Positions 1-9,075 of a stretch of 64,000 nucleotides of DNA are shown piece after piece; within the stretch, counting starts at the first letter, position 1; every line of letters starts with the position of its first letter. This DNA comes from Roseibacillus sp. (GTDB lineage Bacteria > Verrucomicrobiota > Verrucomicrobiia > Verrucomicrobiales > Akkermansiaceae), in NCBI GenBank assembly GCA_051251855.1, contig JBPOGI010000004.1, forward strand, positions 1 through 64,000, given 5' to 3'. The position numbers and the translations under genes are program-made. The notes beneath the pieces were generated by a model. The model had not been told where the DNA came from and made no database searches. It saw only the letters and a list, made by a program, of their open reading frames with translations.

Positions 1-290
1 GTTCCCAAACGAGTTTCGACATCATGACCATCTCCATTTCCGCCATCGAAAAGAACATCGATGTTTTCGTTCGTAATAGTCGTTCCTACACGAGAGTCGA
101 CATCATGCCCGTCGCCATTCCTTCCTTCGAAAAGAACCTGAATACTCTGATTAGTTAGGGTTGTGCCCAAGCGATTGTCAACATCATGACCATCACCATT
201 CCCACCTTCGAAAAGAACTTGGATACTCTGGTTAGTTAGGGTTGTTCCTTGAAGAGATTCGATATCATGACCATCGCCATTCCCTCCATC
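1..290 (-). repeat. 81-bp (27-aa) coding tandem repeat, at least 3.5 copies
   Basis: The anchor GAAAAGAAC recurs at 48, 129 and 210 (period 81). Translated units: GGNGDGHDIESLQGTTLTNQSIQVLFE / GGNGDGHDVDNRLGTTLTNQSIQVLFE / GRNGDGHDVDSRVGTTITNENIDVLFD / GGNGDGHDVETRLG... Confidence 0.9.
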
Positions 291-377
291 ATAATTCACC
301 ATGCCCTGAAGCACCCCTGTCGAGAGACAAGGGTATAGGACTCCCACTTGAAAGACCAACCGTGGTAACGTCTGCAT
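1..377 (-). CDS. Repeat-containing, probably secreted protein (partial, runs off the left edge)
   Basis: Not in the ORF track. ATG at 377 opens a frame with no stop before the window edge: MQTLPRLVFQVGVLYPCLSTGVLQGMVNYD followed by 27-aa repeats GGNGDGHD.....GTT(L/I)TN(Q/E).I.VLF(E/D). It starts 24 nt after the stop of the 402..1877 gene. Confidence 0.75.
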   Translation of the reverse strand, partial: MQTLPRLVFQVGVLYPCLSTGVLQGMVNYDGGNGDGHDIESLQGTTLTNQSIQVLFEGGNGDGHDVDNRLGTTLTNQSIQVLFEGRNGDGHDVDSRVGTTITNENIDVLFDGGNGDGHDVETRLG

Positions 378-401
378 AAGAGTTGAGCGGTTGAAAGATG
401 A

Positions 402-1877
402 CTATGGAGCAGTGCGTGCAGCACGGAAGCCCAGACGATTGTTTCCTCCTGCAATCAGGGATGCCCCGTCAAAGCGGTCGGAAACGCGAATGAAGTCGGC
501 CCCGTTCAGAAAAGAGCCTCCACGGAAGGAGTAACCGTCACCCGTGGTGTTGTTAGGCCAATTCGAGACAGTTCCATTGCCAGTGGTTGACGAGATGATT
601 CCATTGCCATGAAGACCAGTGAAATTTCTTCCCTGTGCGGTGCCCACAGAAACGACCCGCTCGTAGAGGTTGCCACTCAACTCCATGATTCCATAATAGG
701 AACCTCCGGTTTCCTCGCGAGAATTATTCACAGCACTCGCTGCAAAGATACCGCAGCGAACTGGCCCATTAAGTGTGCCATTGGTGATCGAATACAGTCC
801 ATTTCCGGTATTCACTTCAGGGTTTGTCACCCGCTCTGAAGAAAATCCTGAATTTACAAGGGTGTAGTCATTGGTGGCAATATTGGCAGACCCCCAAGCA
901 AACTCGCCCGGCTTGGGCAAGATAGGTCCCCGGCAGGCTTTTTCATATTCCAGCTCCGAAAGTGGCCGCAACCCCATCCAATCCATGTAGCTGTTCATAT
1001 CCGAAATATCCAGATAAGACATCGCTCGGTCCGGAGCAGTGGTGGTAGCTGATGCCGTTCCACCTGTCCAAGAGATCGTGTTTCGAGAAACAACCGCGTC
1101 GCTGTTTTTATGAGTCGCATCAGTAACATCCAGATTCGTCTTCTGATTCTCAGTGAGACTATTGAAAAAAGCGACCCACTGACCCTCACTCACTTCATAT
1201 TTCATGGAGTAGAAGCCACCAAATCCTTTGGGCCAACTAGCCGCCAAGACTCCCGTCTGGTCGCCACCGTTGGAATTCGTAGCGGTGTAATAAAGATTGC
1301 CCGAGGTATTAGCGATAGTGAGAGCATTTTCAGAAGTCACGCGGAAGGAAGAAGCCGTAGAGAAACCACCCGAATGAAACTTATTGGCTTCGTCGCCCGT
1401 CGTTCCTCCCAAATAGAAACTACCTGATGGAACGTACACCATTTCAATGGCAAAGACCTGGATATCAATCACGTCATTGGTATCTGTGGAGCCAAAATTC
1501 CATCGAATCTGATTATTCTGGAAATTGACATTACCGCTCCCATCCGAGTCGCGAAAAATAAATGCACCAATACCATCTGAAGTAACATCAATAGTGGAGC
1601 CTGCAGCAGCAACGCTATTCGCTTGGCTAATAATTCCCTGAGTCCATGTTCCGCTATTAACTCGATACTTAATCACGACCCATGCCGCATCCCAATTCGA
1701 GGGACCTGAACCCAAACGCCAAGAGTTGTCCCAAGCGAGGTCAAATTCGACATGAACCCAATTCGAAACTTCGTTTAAATTCTCTAAACTAATATTCGAA
1801 ACTCTAATATTGTTGGCCATCAAGTGAGTGCTACCCACGACGAACAGCCCGGCTAAAGCCGACAAAATTCTTTTCAT
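402..1877 (-). CDS. Secreted SUMF1/FGE-sulfatase (C-type lectin fold) domain protein
   Basis: Signal peptide MKRILSALAGLFVVGSTHLMA; FGE-sulfatase motifs EMVYVPSGSFYLG, KYEVS, LRPLSELEYEKACRG, YGIMELSGNLYE and RGGSF...LGFRAAR. ATG 1877 preferred over the track start at 1922. Confidence 0.85.
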   Translation of the reverse strand: MKRILSALAGLFVVGSTHLMANNIRVSNISLENLNEVSNWVHVEFDLAWDNSWRLGSGPSNWDAAWVVIKYRVNSGTWTQGIISQANSVAAAGSTIDVTSDGIGAFIFRDSDGSGNVNFQNNQIRWNFGSTDTNDVIDIQVFAIEMVYVPSGSFYLGGTTGDEANKFHSGGFSTASSFRVTSENALTIANTSGNLYYTATNSNGGDQTGVLAASWPKGFGGFYSMKYEVSEGQWVAFFNSLTENQKTNLDVTDATHKNSDAVVSRNTISWTGGTASATTTAPDRAMSYLDISDMNSYMDWMGLRPLSELEYEKACRGPILPKPGEFAWGSANIATNDYTLVNSGFSSERVTNPEVNTGNGLYSITNGTLNGPVRCGIFAASAVNNSREETGGSYYGIMELSGNLYERVVSVGTAQGRNFTGLHGNGIISSTTGNGTVSNWPNNTTGDGYSFRGGSFLNGADFIRVSDRFDGASLIAGGNNRLGFRAARTAP

Positions 1878-2295
1878 AATGCGTTGTTGTTGTTGTTTTC
1901 GCTTAATAAAAAACGAATTCAACAGTTACAATAGGCGGAATTATGCGTCGAGATAAAAAGAGACATCAGTAATACTCTTTTAAGAAATCTATCATAGGAT
2001 CGAAGTTACTTAGTAAATCCTCCAATGAAGCTACGACTCGTTTCTTTTAAGTGAAAATTCATCATCTCATAAGTCTATAAATTAACTACTTGCATTGATT
2101 TACATTACTCCCTGAGAGCAGCAAAGAACGCTTCATCCCTTACGGGAGCTTTCATTCTACATCGCTCAAAATTCTGCATATTCCTCTCAAAATGACCGCA
2201 ATGAACACAATCGCAAAAGGATCGACAAAATAGCTCTCCTTGCTAAAGGCTATGCTCCCGCTGCCCCGCAGCTTCACTCTCAATTTCTTACTACC

Positions 2296-3663
2296 GTGCT
2301 CACTGTTGCCATCGTTGGCCGACCCAATGTCGGCAAGTCCGCTCTTTTCAATCGCTTGGCAGGGCGCCGCATCGCGATCGTTCACGACCAGCCCGGCGTG
2401 ACCCGCGACCGCATCTCCGCACCAGGCTCTCTTCCCGAGACTCCCTGCGAACTCATTGACACCGGCGGTATTGGCGAAGGCGTCGATGCCTCCTTCTCCG
2501 ACGCAGTCACCACCGAGGCCGAACTCGCCATGGCCTCCGCCGACCTCATCCTCTTCGTGGTTGACGCTCGCTCAGGGATGACCCCCATCGACGAAGCGCT
2601 CGCCAAAGTTCTTCGCAAGGCCCAAACCCCTATCGAGCTTATTATTAACAAATCCGACCACGACGAACAAGAGGCGGGCGCCTCAGAATTTGCCCGTCTC
2701 GGTTTTGGCAACGGCCTCAATACTTCTGCTGAGCACAACCGAAACATCCAAGCCCTCGCCGACCTCGTCGACGAGCACCTCGCTCCTTTGGCTGAGAAAA
2801 TAGTCGAAGCTGTTGAGGAAATTGAGCGCGAAGGCCTCAAGATCGCCGTCGTCGGTCGCCCCAACGCCGGAAAATCCTCACTCATCAACGCGATCCTCAA
2901 AGACGAACGCACTATCGTCTCCGAAATTGCCGGCACCACTCGCGACGCCGTCGATATTCCCTACTCACGCGACGGTGAACGCCACACTCTTATCGACACT
3001 GCGGGTCTACGCCAACGCTCCAAGATGGATACCTCCGTGGAAGTCTTTTCCGCCATGCGCAGCGAACGCTCCATTCGCCGCGCTGACCTTTGCCTCCTCG
3101 TCATCGACCTCGATGCCGGGGTGACTGGGATGGACCGCAAGATCGCGATTACGATTCAGAAGGAAAACAAACCCTGTCTCATCGTCGCCAACAAATGGGA
3201 TCTCTTTCACCCCGACCTCCCAAAGCACGAGCGCCTCGAAAAGGCCACCGCCCACTTGCGCAAAGAACTCTTCTTTCTTCACTACGCTCCTTTCACTTGT
3301 GTCTCCGCGATGAAGAATCAGTCTCTCGGTCTTGTCTTCAAGATGATTAACGAGATTCGCACCGAGGCTCAAACCCCTATCACCACCGGCCAACTCAATC
3401 GGCTCATCAGTCGAGCCATGGAGAAAAACGCCCCGCCCCAAAACAAGTCTCTTAAGAAGAGACTCAAGATTCTCTACGGAACCCCTGCCGTCAACGACCG
3501 CTATCGTGCCATTCCCGTACCCGAAATCATTCTCTTCGTTAACGACAAGCGCTTGCTCTCGGATAACTATGCGCAGTATCTAGAAAACCAGATCCGAGAA
3601 CACTATCCCCACCCTGGCGTGCCACTCAACCTCTCGGCTCGCTCACGCCGAAAGCCGCAATAG
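2296..3663 (+). CDS. der: Ribosome biogenesis GTPase Der (EngA)
   Basis: Two tandem G domains (GRPNVGKS/DTGG/NKSD and GRPNAGKS/DTAG/NKWD) followed by a KH-like C-terminal domain. Confidence 0.97.
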   Translation: MLTVAIVGRPNVGKSALFNRLAGRRIAIVHDQPGVTRDRISAPGSLPETPCELIDTGGIGEGVDASFSDAVTTEAELAMASADLILFVVDARSGMTPIDEALAKVLRKAQTPIELIINKSDHDEQEAGASEFARLGFGNGLNTSAEHNRNIQALADLVDEHLAPLAEKIVEAVEEIEREGLKIAVVGRPNAGKSSLINAILKDERTIVSEIAGTTRDAVDIPYSRDGERHTLIDTAGLRQRSKMDTSVEVFSAMRSERSIRRADLCLLVIDLDAGVTGMDRKIAITIQKENKPCLIVANKWDLFHPDLPKHERLEKATAHLRKELFFLHYAPFTCVSAMKNQSLGLVFKMINEIRTEAQTPITTGQLNRLISRAMEKNAPPQNKSLKKRLKILYGTPAVNDRYRAIPVPEIILFVNDKRLLSDNYAQYLENQIREHYPHPGVPLNLSARSRRKPQ

Positions 3664-3878
3664 TCACCTTCTGAAGTGCTGAGCTTCGCTGTTAATGCGT
3701 AAGTGCTTTCGCGTTCCCGAGAGAGCAAAGCTTACTTGCTCGACCACCTGTCACGACAAACTCATGATCGGAGCAGACCAAAAATCTGGAGCAGTGAGAA
3801 GCTCCCTTTCAATGCGCGAGAAAATTACGCAAGTCGCGATGGAAGCGTTGACAAGCCAAACGCACTCCAAAAACTCTC

Positions 3879-4298
3879 CTATCGCCCACTCATTCTCTGA
3901 ACCTCTTTTAAGAAGTCCTCCGAGAGCGTGCGAATAGCCGCTTCTCGCTCTTTTCGAGTACTTCTCTTTCCCCGGAAAAGAATGTGCATGGAATTATTGC
4001 CGTGGATCTCAACAAAGGTATCCTCTCTCAACTTTTCCACCGCATCCTCGCTACTAGAAACACCGTAGTAGCTCGACAAATCGTGATCCTCGATCGCTTT
4101 TCTGAGAATATCCTCCTGATCCAAAACCTGGTTGTAGCGTTCTTCAACCTTCTCTTTTTCACCTTCCGCTAGTTCGGAGCCCAGCGAGAGAGCTAACCCC
4201 CAATTCTCATCCTTGGTCCACTTTTTCCAAGCCCAAAAGCCTCCCGCCCCCCCAATAGCGAGAAAGAGAATGACCACAAACGCAACAAAAGCCTTCAT
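3879..4298 (-). CDS. Hypothetical protein with N-terminal membrane anchor
   Basis: 139-aa ORF with a hydrophobic N-terminus and a charged soluble domain; a sigma70-like promoter lies directly upstream. Confidence 0.7.
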   Translation of the reverse strand: MKAFVAFVVILFLAIGGAGGFWAWKKWTKDENWGLALSLGSELAEGEKEKVEERYNQVLDQEDILRKAIEDHDLSSYYGVSSSEDAVEKLREDTFVEIHGNNSMHILFRGKRSTRKEREAAIRTLSEDFLKEVQRMSGR

Positions 4299-4418
4299 GG
4301 CTGGAATTTAAAGCAACTCCCGCGCACTTGGCAAAGGGAATCGGCATTCAAGAAAATCAACGAAATCCGCTTCATTTTCCCCTCAATCTCCTCCAGCCTC
4401 CTGCCCACTGAACTTTTC

Positions 4419-6953
4419 ATGACTTTCCCAGCCACCTCTGCCACCCGACACAAGCTTCCTTGCGGCCTCACTGTCATCCTCGATCCCAATCCCAGCGCAC
4501 CCGTAGTTTCAGCCCAAATCTGGATTGAAGCCGGCTCCCGCAGAGAGCGCCAACATGCCGGAGGCGGTATTTCCCACTTACTTGAGCATATGGTCTTTAA
4601 GGGTACCAAGTCCTTTGATTGCGCGACTCTTGCCCAGTCCGTGCAGGAGAAAGGCGGGCACTGGAACGCCTACACTTCCTTCGACCGCACCGTCTATTAT
4701 ATCGACGGCCCCGACACCTCGACCGACTTTTTTCTGCAAGCCCTCACCGAACTCGTCTTCTTCCCCACCTTCCCCCTCGAGGACTTCGAGACCGAGAAAG
4801 ACGTCATCCGTCGCGAGATCGACATGGGCCTCGACGATCCCGACAGCGTCGCCTCGCAACTTCTCTTCAGCACGGCCTACCAAAAGGACCACCGCCAATT
4901 TCCTGTCATCGGCTATCTTGACCGCTTCAACAGTATCACCCACACCGAGATGGTCGCCTACCACGCCGACCGCTACCGCTCCTCCAACACCTTTCTCGTC
5001 CTGTCCGGCAACTTCGATACCGAAGCTATTCTCACAAAGCTCACCGAACTCACCCAAGAGGTCCCTAATCTCCCCGTCGACGAGTTCTACGATGCCACCG
5101 AAACCCGAGCCCCTGGACGCCGACTCGCCCGCCAATCCTTCGCCACTCCAGTCTCTCACTTGAGTCTCTCGTGGCCCATCCCCACCAACACTGATTCCGA
5201 TTGCCCCGCCCTTGAACTCCTGGCCCAAGCGATTGGAGGAGGAATTTCCAGCCCCCTATATCAGCGGTTCCGTGAAGAAACCGGCCTTACTCATCACATT
5301 GGAATCTGGGCTTGGACCCCCAAAGATCCTCCCGGACTCTTTGCCATCTCTGCCGAAGTCGATGCTGAAAAGCGAGACCAAGCTGAAAGCGAAATCCTCG
5401 CCGAGTTTCCCAACCTCGTTTCCAATCTCACCGACGCCGATTTGGCGAAAGCCTATCGTCAAATCACTGCAGCTCAATTCCGCTCCCTCACCACCGCTTC
5501 AGGCCGCGCCTCGGACCTCGGCGGCAACTGGCATGAGGCTCGCAACCTCGACTTCACCCGTGACTACCTCGCTTCCCTACAAAAAGTGACCCTCGCCGAT
5601 CTCAAGCGTGTCGCTGCCAAGTATCTCCAAGACGACCTCATCACTATTACCTCTCTCGATCCCGAGACCGAACCCGAGCGCGACTTTCAAGTGCTCACTG
5701 GCGCTGTTGCCGATCCGATCACCGAGCACACCCTCAGCAATGGACTCCGCGTCCTCCTCAAACGCGACAAACGCGTCCCCACCATCTATCTCCAAAGTCC
5801 CTTCCTTGCTGGACTCCCCAGCGAATCGATGGCCAAGGCTGGCCTCGGACAACTGCACAGCAGCAACTTCCTCAAAGGAACCACCCAACGCAACGCCCTC
5901 GATTTCAACCGTTCCCTCGAATCATTAGGAGCAAAAATCCGCCTCTCCACCGGTAACAACACCTCCATCCTTTCGGGGTTTTGCCTCAGCATGGACCTCC
6001 CCGAGTTTCTTGCTCTCGCCGGCGAAAGCCTCATCAATCCCCTCTTCCCTGCCGAGGCCTTAGAGCGCGAGAAATCAGCTCAACTCGCTGCTATTCAGGA
6101 AGCGAAGGAAGACCCCGCCCGCATGGCCTTTTACCATTTGCGCAAGCATCTCTTTGGCGAGCAACATTACGGGATCCCTAAGCTGGGACTTGAAGAAACC
6201 GTCAACACCATCACGCGAAATGACTTAGCGGCACACCACACCCGCGCCTTTACCGCCCAGAATGGAGTCATCTCCCTTTTCGGCGATCTCCCCGCAGACG
6301 ACGAAGTGATCGCCCTATTGGAAGAAAACCTCTCCAGCCTCCCTAGAGGCCAGCGACTCGACTTTTCTCCCGACGCCTCCCACATCCCCGCTTCCGCAGG
6401 CCAGCACCGCCATCAACTCGACCGCGAGCAAGCCGTCCTCGCCATCGCCGTACCAGGTCTCAGCTTCGACTCCTCCAACACGATAGCCGCAGAGCTTCTC
6501 CAGGAACACACCTCCAATATGGCCGGCCCTCTCTTCACCCGCATTCGAGAAGAACTGGGACTCGCCTACTATGTCTCTAGTAGTCAATTTCATGGTATTG
6601 GCACCGGCATGTTCGCCACCTACTTGGGCACCTCTCCCGACCAACTCGACCTCGCCCATCGTGAACTGCTCGCCACTTTGGAGCAAATCCGTGAACAAGG
6701 TCTCACCTCTGCCGAGCTCGAAAGAACCCGCACCGCAGCCCTTTCCGGCCACGCCCTCGACGAGCAGTCCATCTCCTCACAAGCCCGCCAAGCTGCCTTG
6801 GACAGCATTCTGGGACTTGGGCTCGATCACTCCCAAAAGGGTATTGAAAAACTGAAAACCATCTCGCTGGACGAAGTGAACGCCTTCACCAGTGATCTTC
6901 TCGGTCGCACCTCTGTCACCACCCTCGTCAGCCCCGGCAGCGACACCGCCTAA
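4419..6953 (+). CDS. M16 (pitrilysin/insulinase) family zinc peptidase, fused two-half type
   Basis: Inverted zinc motif HLLEH in GGISHLLEHMVFKGT, plus NAYTSFDRTVY; the second M16 half lacks HxxEH; IREELGLAY motif. Confidence 0.93.
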   Translation: MTFPATSATRHKLPCGLTVILDPNPSAPVVSAQIWIEAGSRRERQHAGGGISHLLEHMVFKGTKSFDCATLAQSVQEKGGHWNAYTSFDRTVYYIDGPDTSTDFFLQALTELVFFPTFPLEDFETEKDVIRREIDMGLDDPDSVASQLLFSTAYQKDHRQFPVIGYLDRFNSITHTEMVAYHADRYRSSNTFLVLSGNFDTEAILTKLTELTQEVPNLPVDEFYDATETRAPGRRLARQSFATPVSHLSLSWPIPTNTDSDCPALELLAQAIGGGISSPLYQRFREETGLTHHIGIWAWTPKDPPGLFAISAEVDAEKRDQAESEILAEFPNLVSNLTDADLAKAYRQITAAQFRSLTTASGRASDLGGNWHEARNLDFTRDYLASLQKVTLADLKRVAAKYLQDDLITITSLDPETEPERDFQVLTGAVADPITEHTLSNGLRVLLKRDKRVPTIYLQSPFLAGLPSESMAKAGLGQLHSSNFLKGTTQRNALDFNRSLESLGAKIRLSTGNNTSILSGFCLSMDLPEFLALAGESLINPLFPAEALEREKSAQLAAIQEAKEDPARMAFYHLRKHLFGEQHYGIPKLGLEETVNTITRNDLAAHHTRAFTAQNGVISLFGDLPADDEVIALLEENLSSLPRGQRLDFSPDASHIPASAGQHRHQLDREQAVLAIAVPGLSFDSSNTIAAELLQEHTSNMAGPLFTRIREELGLAYYVSSSQFHGIGTGMFATYLGTSPDQLDLAHRELLATLEQIREQGLTSAELERTRTAALSGHALDEQSISSQARQAALDSILGLGLDHSQKGIEKLKTISLDEVNAFTSDLLGRTSVTTLVSPGSDTA

Positions 6954-6999
6954 TCTTCACCCTCGCCGAACTCTTCCCCTTTGTGCCATCTTCATCACC

Positions 7000-7575
7000 A
7001 TGAGTGAACCCAAACTTGCCCCGCCCGGAGCTGGTCTCCCCGTACTCGAAGCCCTCGCCGTCCGGCATCTTGTTTTTCCCTTTCTCCGTTTCAAACTCAA
7101 CAAAGAGAGCTCCCTCGCTTTCTTCACGGCAACCGGAGAAGGCATCATGCCCCTCGTCCGCAATTTGGATGAAAAAACCTTCACCCAACCCGTTCTCATC
7201 AAACGCCTCCCCGGCCTCGAAGACTCCTCTCGCAACTGGTCTGTCGAACAAACCCTCGAGCACATCCAAGTCGTCACTGCCGCCGCGCTCTACATTATCA
7301 AAAAGCTCGAAGCCAACCGCCCCCTCGACCTCCCCGTCCGCACTCAAGACGTCAAACCCTCCGGCGGCATTGGCCTCGACCGTATCCGCGCTTTCGAGAC
7401 CTATTTAAAAGAAACCCCCGAGAAAATCGCCCAATTCGATTTCAACTCAGAGGCCACCCATCCTCACCCTTGGTTCGGCGACCTCAAGTCTATCGATTGG
7501 CTTCGCCTCATCGCCTTCCACCAAGACCTTCACCGTAAGCAGATTAAACGAATCGTGTCCCCACCACCCTGCTGA
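7000..7575 (+). CDS. DinB family protein
   Basis: WSVEQTLEHI, HPWFGDL and FHQDLHRKQI motifs typical of the DinB/YfiT four-helix bundle; ATG 7000 chosen as start. Confidence 0.8.
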   Translation: MSEPKLAPPGAGLPVLEALAVRHLVFPFLRFKLNKESSLAFFTATGEGIMPLVRNLDEKTFTQPVLIKRLPGLEDSSRNWSVEQTLEHIQVVTAAALYIIKKLEANRPLDLPVRTQDVKPSGGIGLDRIRAFETYLKETPEKIAQFDFNSEATHPHPWFGDLKSIDWLRLIAFHQDLHRKQIKRIVSPPPC

Positions 7576-7690
7576 TAAGGCCATTTGAAGATTCGGTCTG
7601 TCTCTTCCTTCTCAGATCAGCTGAAAGAGCTCCCTCCAACGAACCGTTTATGGGTTTGCAAGCTGGTCAACCCCCAGCTACAGTTTTTCC

Positions 7691-7930
7691 ATGCAACTCT
7701 CATTCCTTCCCAGTTTAGGCGGTCCGGAAGTCGCAATCATTTTTGTGATTGTCCTTCTGCTTTTCGGGGCCAAAAAAATTCCCGAACTTGCACGCGGACT
7801 TGGAAAATCGATGGGCGAATTCAAAAAAGCACGCGAAGAGTTCGAAGGCGAAATCAAACGCGCTGCCGACGAAGTTGATGTCGAAACGAAATCAGATACT
7901 CCTGCCAAAAGCGAACCACGCGAAAGCTAG
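7691..7930 (+). CDS. tatA: Twin-arginine translocase subunit TatA/TatE
   Basis: [39 protein letters not shown] signature. Confidence 0.95.
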   Translation: MQLSFLPSLGGPEVAIIFVIVLLLFGAKKIPELARGLGKSMGEFKKAREEFEGEIKRAADEVDVETKSDTPAKSEPRES

Positions 7931-7939
7931 AATCCTCTG

Positions 7940-8965
7940 ATGCGAACATCATCTCTCAACATTCTCAAGAACGCCCTCCTCTTGGCCGGGGCGTTTTTTT
8001 TGCTCATCGCCTCCTCGAGTTGTAAAGAGAAGGGCAACGAAACTTCAGAGTGGGTCACAAAAGATCCCCCTAGTACGGAATCGAACACTGAGGAAACTCA
8101 GGCCTCTTCGAAACCTGAATCCGAAGCCGCTGCTGAAGCCAACCCCACCACGGACGAGCACGTTCGCTTCCTCTCCTACAATCTAAAGAACTACCTCACC
8201 ATGCGCCGGGGCAAGGAATACCTGCCCAAGCCTGAGAAGGAAATTGACGCACTCATTGGAGTCATAGCCCGCCAAAAACCCGACATCTTGGGTGTGAGTG
8301 AAATCGGTAAAGAAGCCGACCTCCTTGACCTTCAAAAACGCCTCAAAAATGTTGGCATCGACCTTCCTCACTATGAACATACCGGAGGGAGAGACCAGAC
8401 CCGTCATCTAGGCTTCCTCTCCCGATATCCCATCGTCGCTACCAATTCACAAAGCGATCTCAGCTACGAAATGACGGGCGAAGATTGGGTCATCAGCCGC
8501 GGAATCCTAGACGCTACAGTCGATGTCAACGGAACCGAACTCCGTTTCTTGGGCGTTCACCTCAAGTCCAAACGCGAAATCGAAGAAGCTGACCAAGAGC
8601 TCATTCGCCAAAACGAAGCCCGCCTTCTTCGCGACTACGCCGACACCATCCTAGACGATAACCTCGAGACCCATCTCATCGCCTATGGTGACTTCAACGA
8701 CACCATTGGCTCCAAGGCCATCTCAATCGCTCGAGGCCGAAGCAATGCCAACAAGCACATGGCCGATTTCTACTTCAAAGACTCTCGCTATGAACTTTGG
8801 ACTCACTTCTGGGATTATCAGGACACCTACGCACGCATCGACTACGTATTGTTCTCCCGCAGCGTTAAGCCGATGCTGGTAGGGAAAGAGTCCCACATCG
8901 TCGATGATGAACAATGGTATAAGGCCTCCGACCATCGGGCGCTCATGCTCGTCCTCAAGCCTTAA
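7940..8965 (+). CDS. Endonuclease/exonuclease/phosphatase family lipoprotein
   Basis: Lipobox-like IASSSC; EEP motifs SYNLKNY, PDILGVSE, GVHLKSK, GDFND, RIDYVL and SDHR. Confidence 0.88.
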   Translation: MRTSSLNILKNALLLAGAFFLLIASSSCKEKGNETSEWVTKDPPSTESNTEETQASSKPESEAAAEANPTTDEHVRFLSYNLKNYLTMRRGKEYLPKPEKEIDALIGVIARQKPDILGVSEIGKEADLLDLQKRLKNVGIDLPHYEHTGGRDQTRHLGFLSRYPIVATNSQSDLSYEMTGEDWVISRGILDATVDVNGTELRFLGVHLKSKREIEEADQELIRQNEARLLRDYADTILDDNLETHLIAYGDFNDTIGSKAISIARGRSNANKHMADFYFKDSRYELWTHFWDYQDTYARIDYVLFSRSVKPMLVGKESHIVDDEQWYKASDHRALMLVLKP

Positions 8966-9075
8966 GGCCGGGCAGAACTCCATCCTGAGAATCTCCTTCA
9001 CCGGTCTGCTAATCTCGAAAATGTAACTATTTTCAGCGAGAAACATTCAATCGAGGCGTAAATAAGGCCTCAACG

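Noticed and set aside
1..290. 81-bp periodic repeat as a CRISPR array
   Set aside because: The whole unit is conserved, in frame and varies like a coding sequence. There are no unique spacers and no cas genes.
402..560. Possible diversity-generating retroelement target: C-terminus of the FGE/CLec-fold protein (also 61800-61950)
   Set aside because: I found no template-repeat-like near-duplicate of either C-terminus and no reverse transcriptase in the window. One could lie outside it.
1878..1922. N-terminal poly-Q extension (KQQQQR) of the FGE protein in the ORF track
   Set aside because: It derives from a CAA-rich 5' leader. The signal peptide begins at ATG 1877.
3664..3878. 215-nt gap between convergent genes as a possible ncRNA
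   Set aside because: No recognisable RNA family motif or convincing long stem by eye; an Rfam/Infernal scan would be needed.
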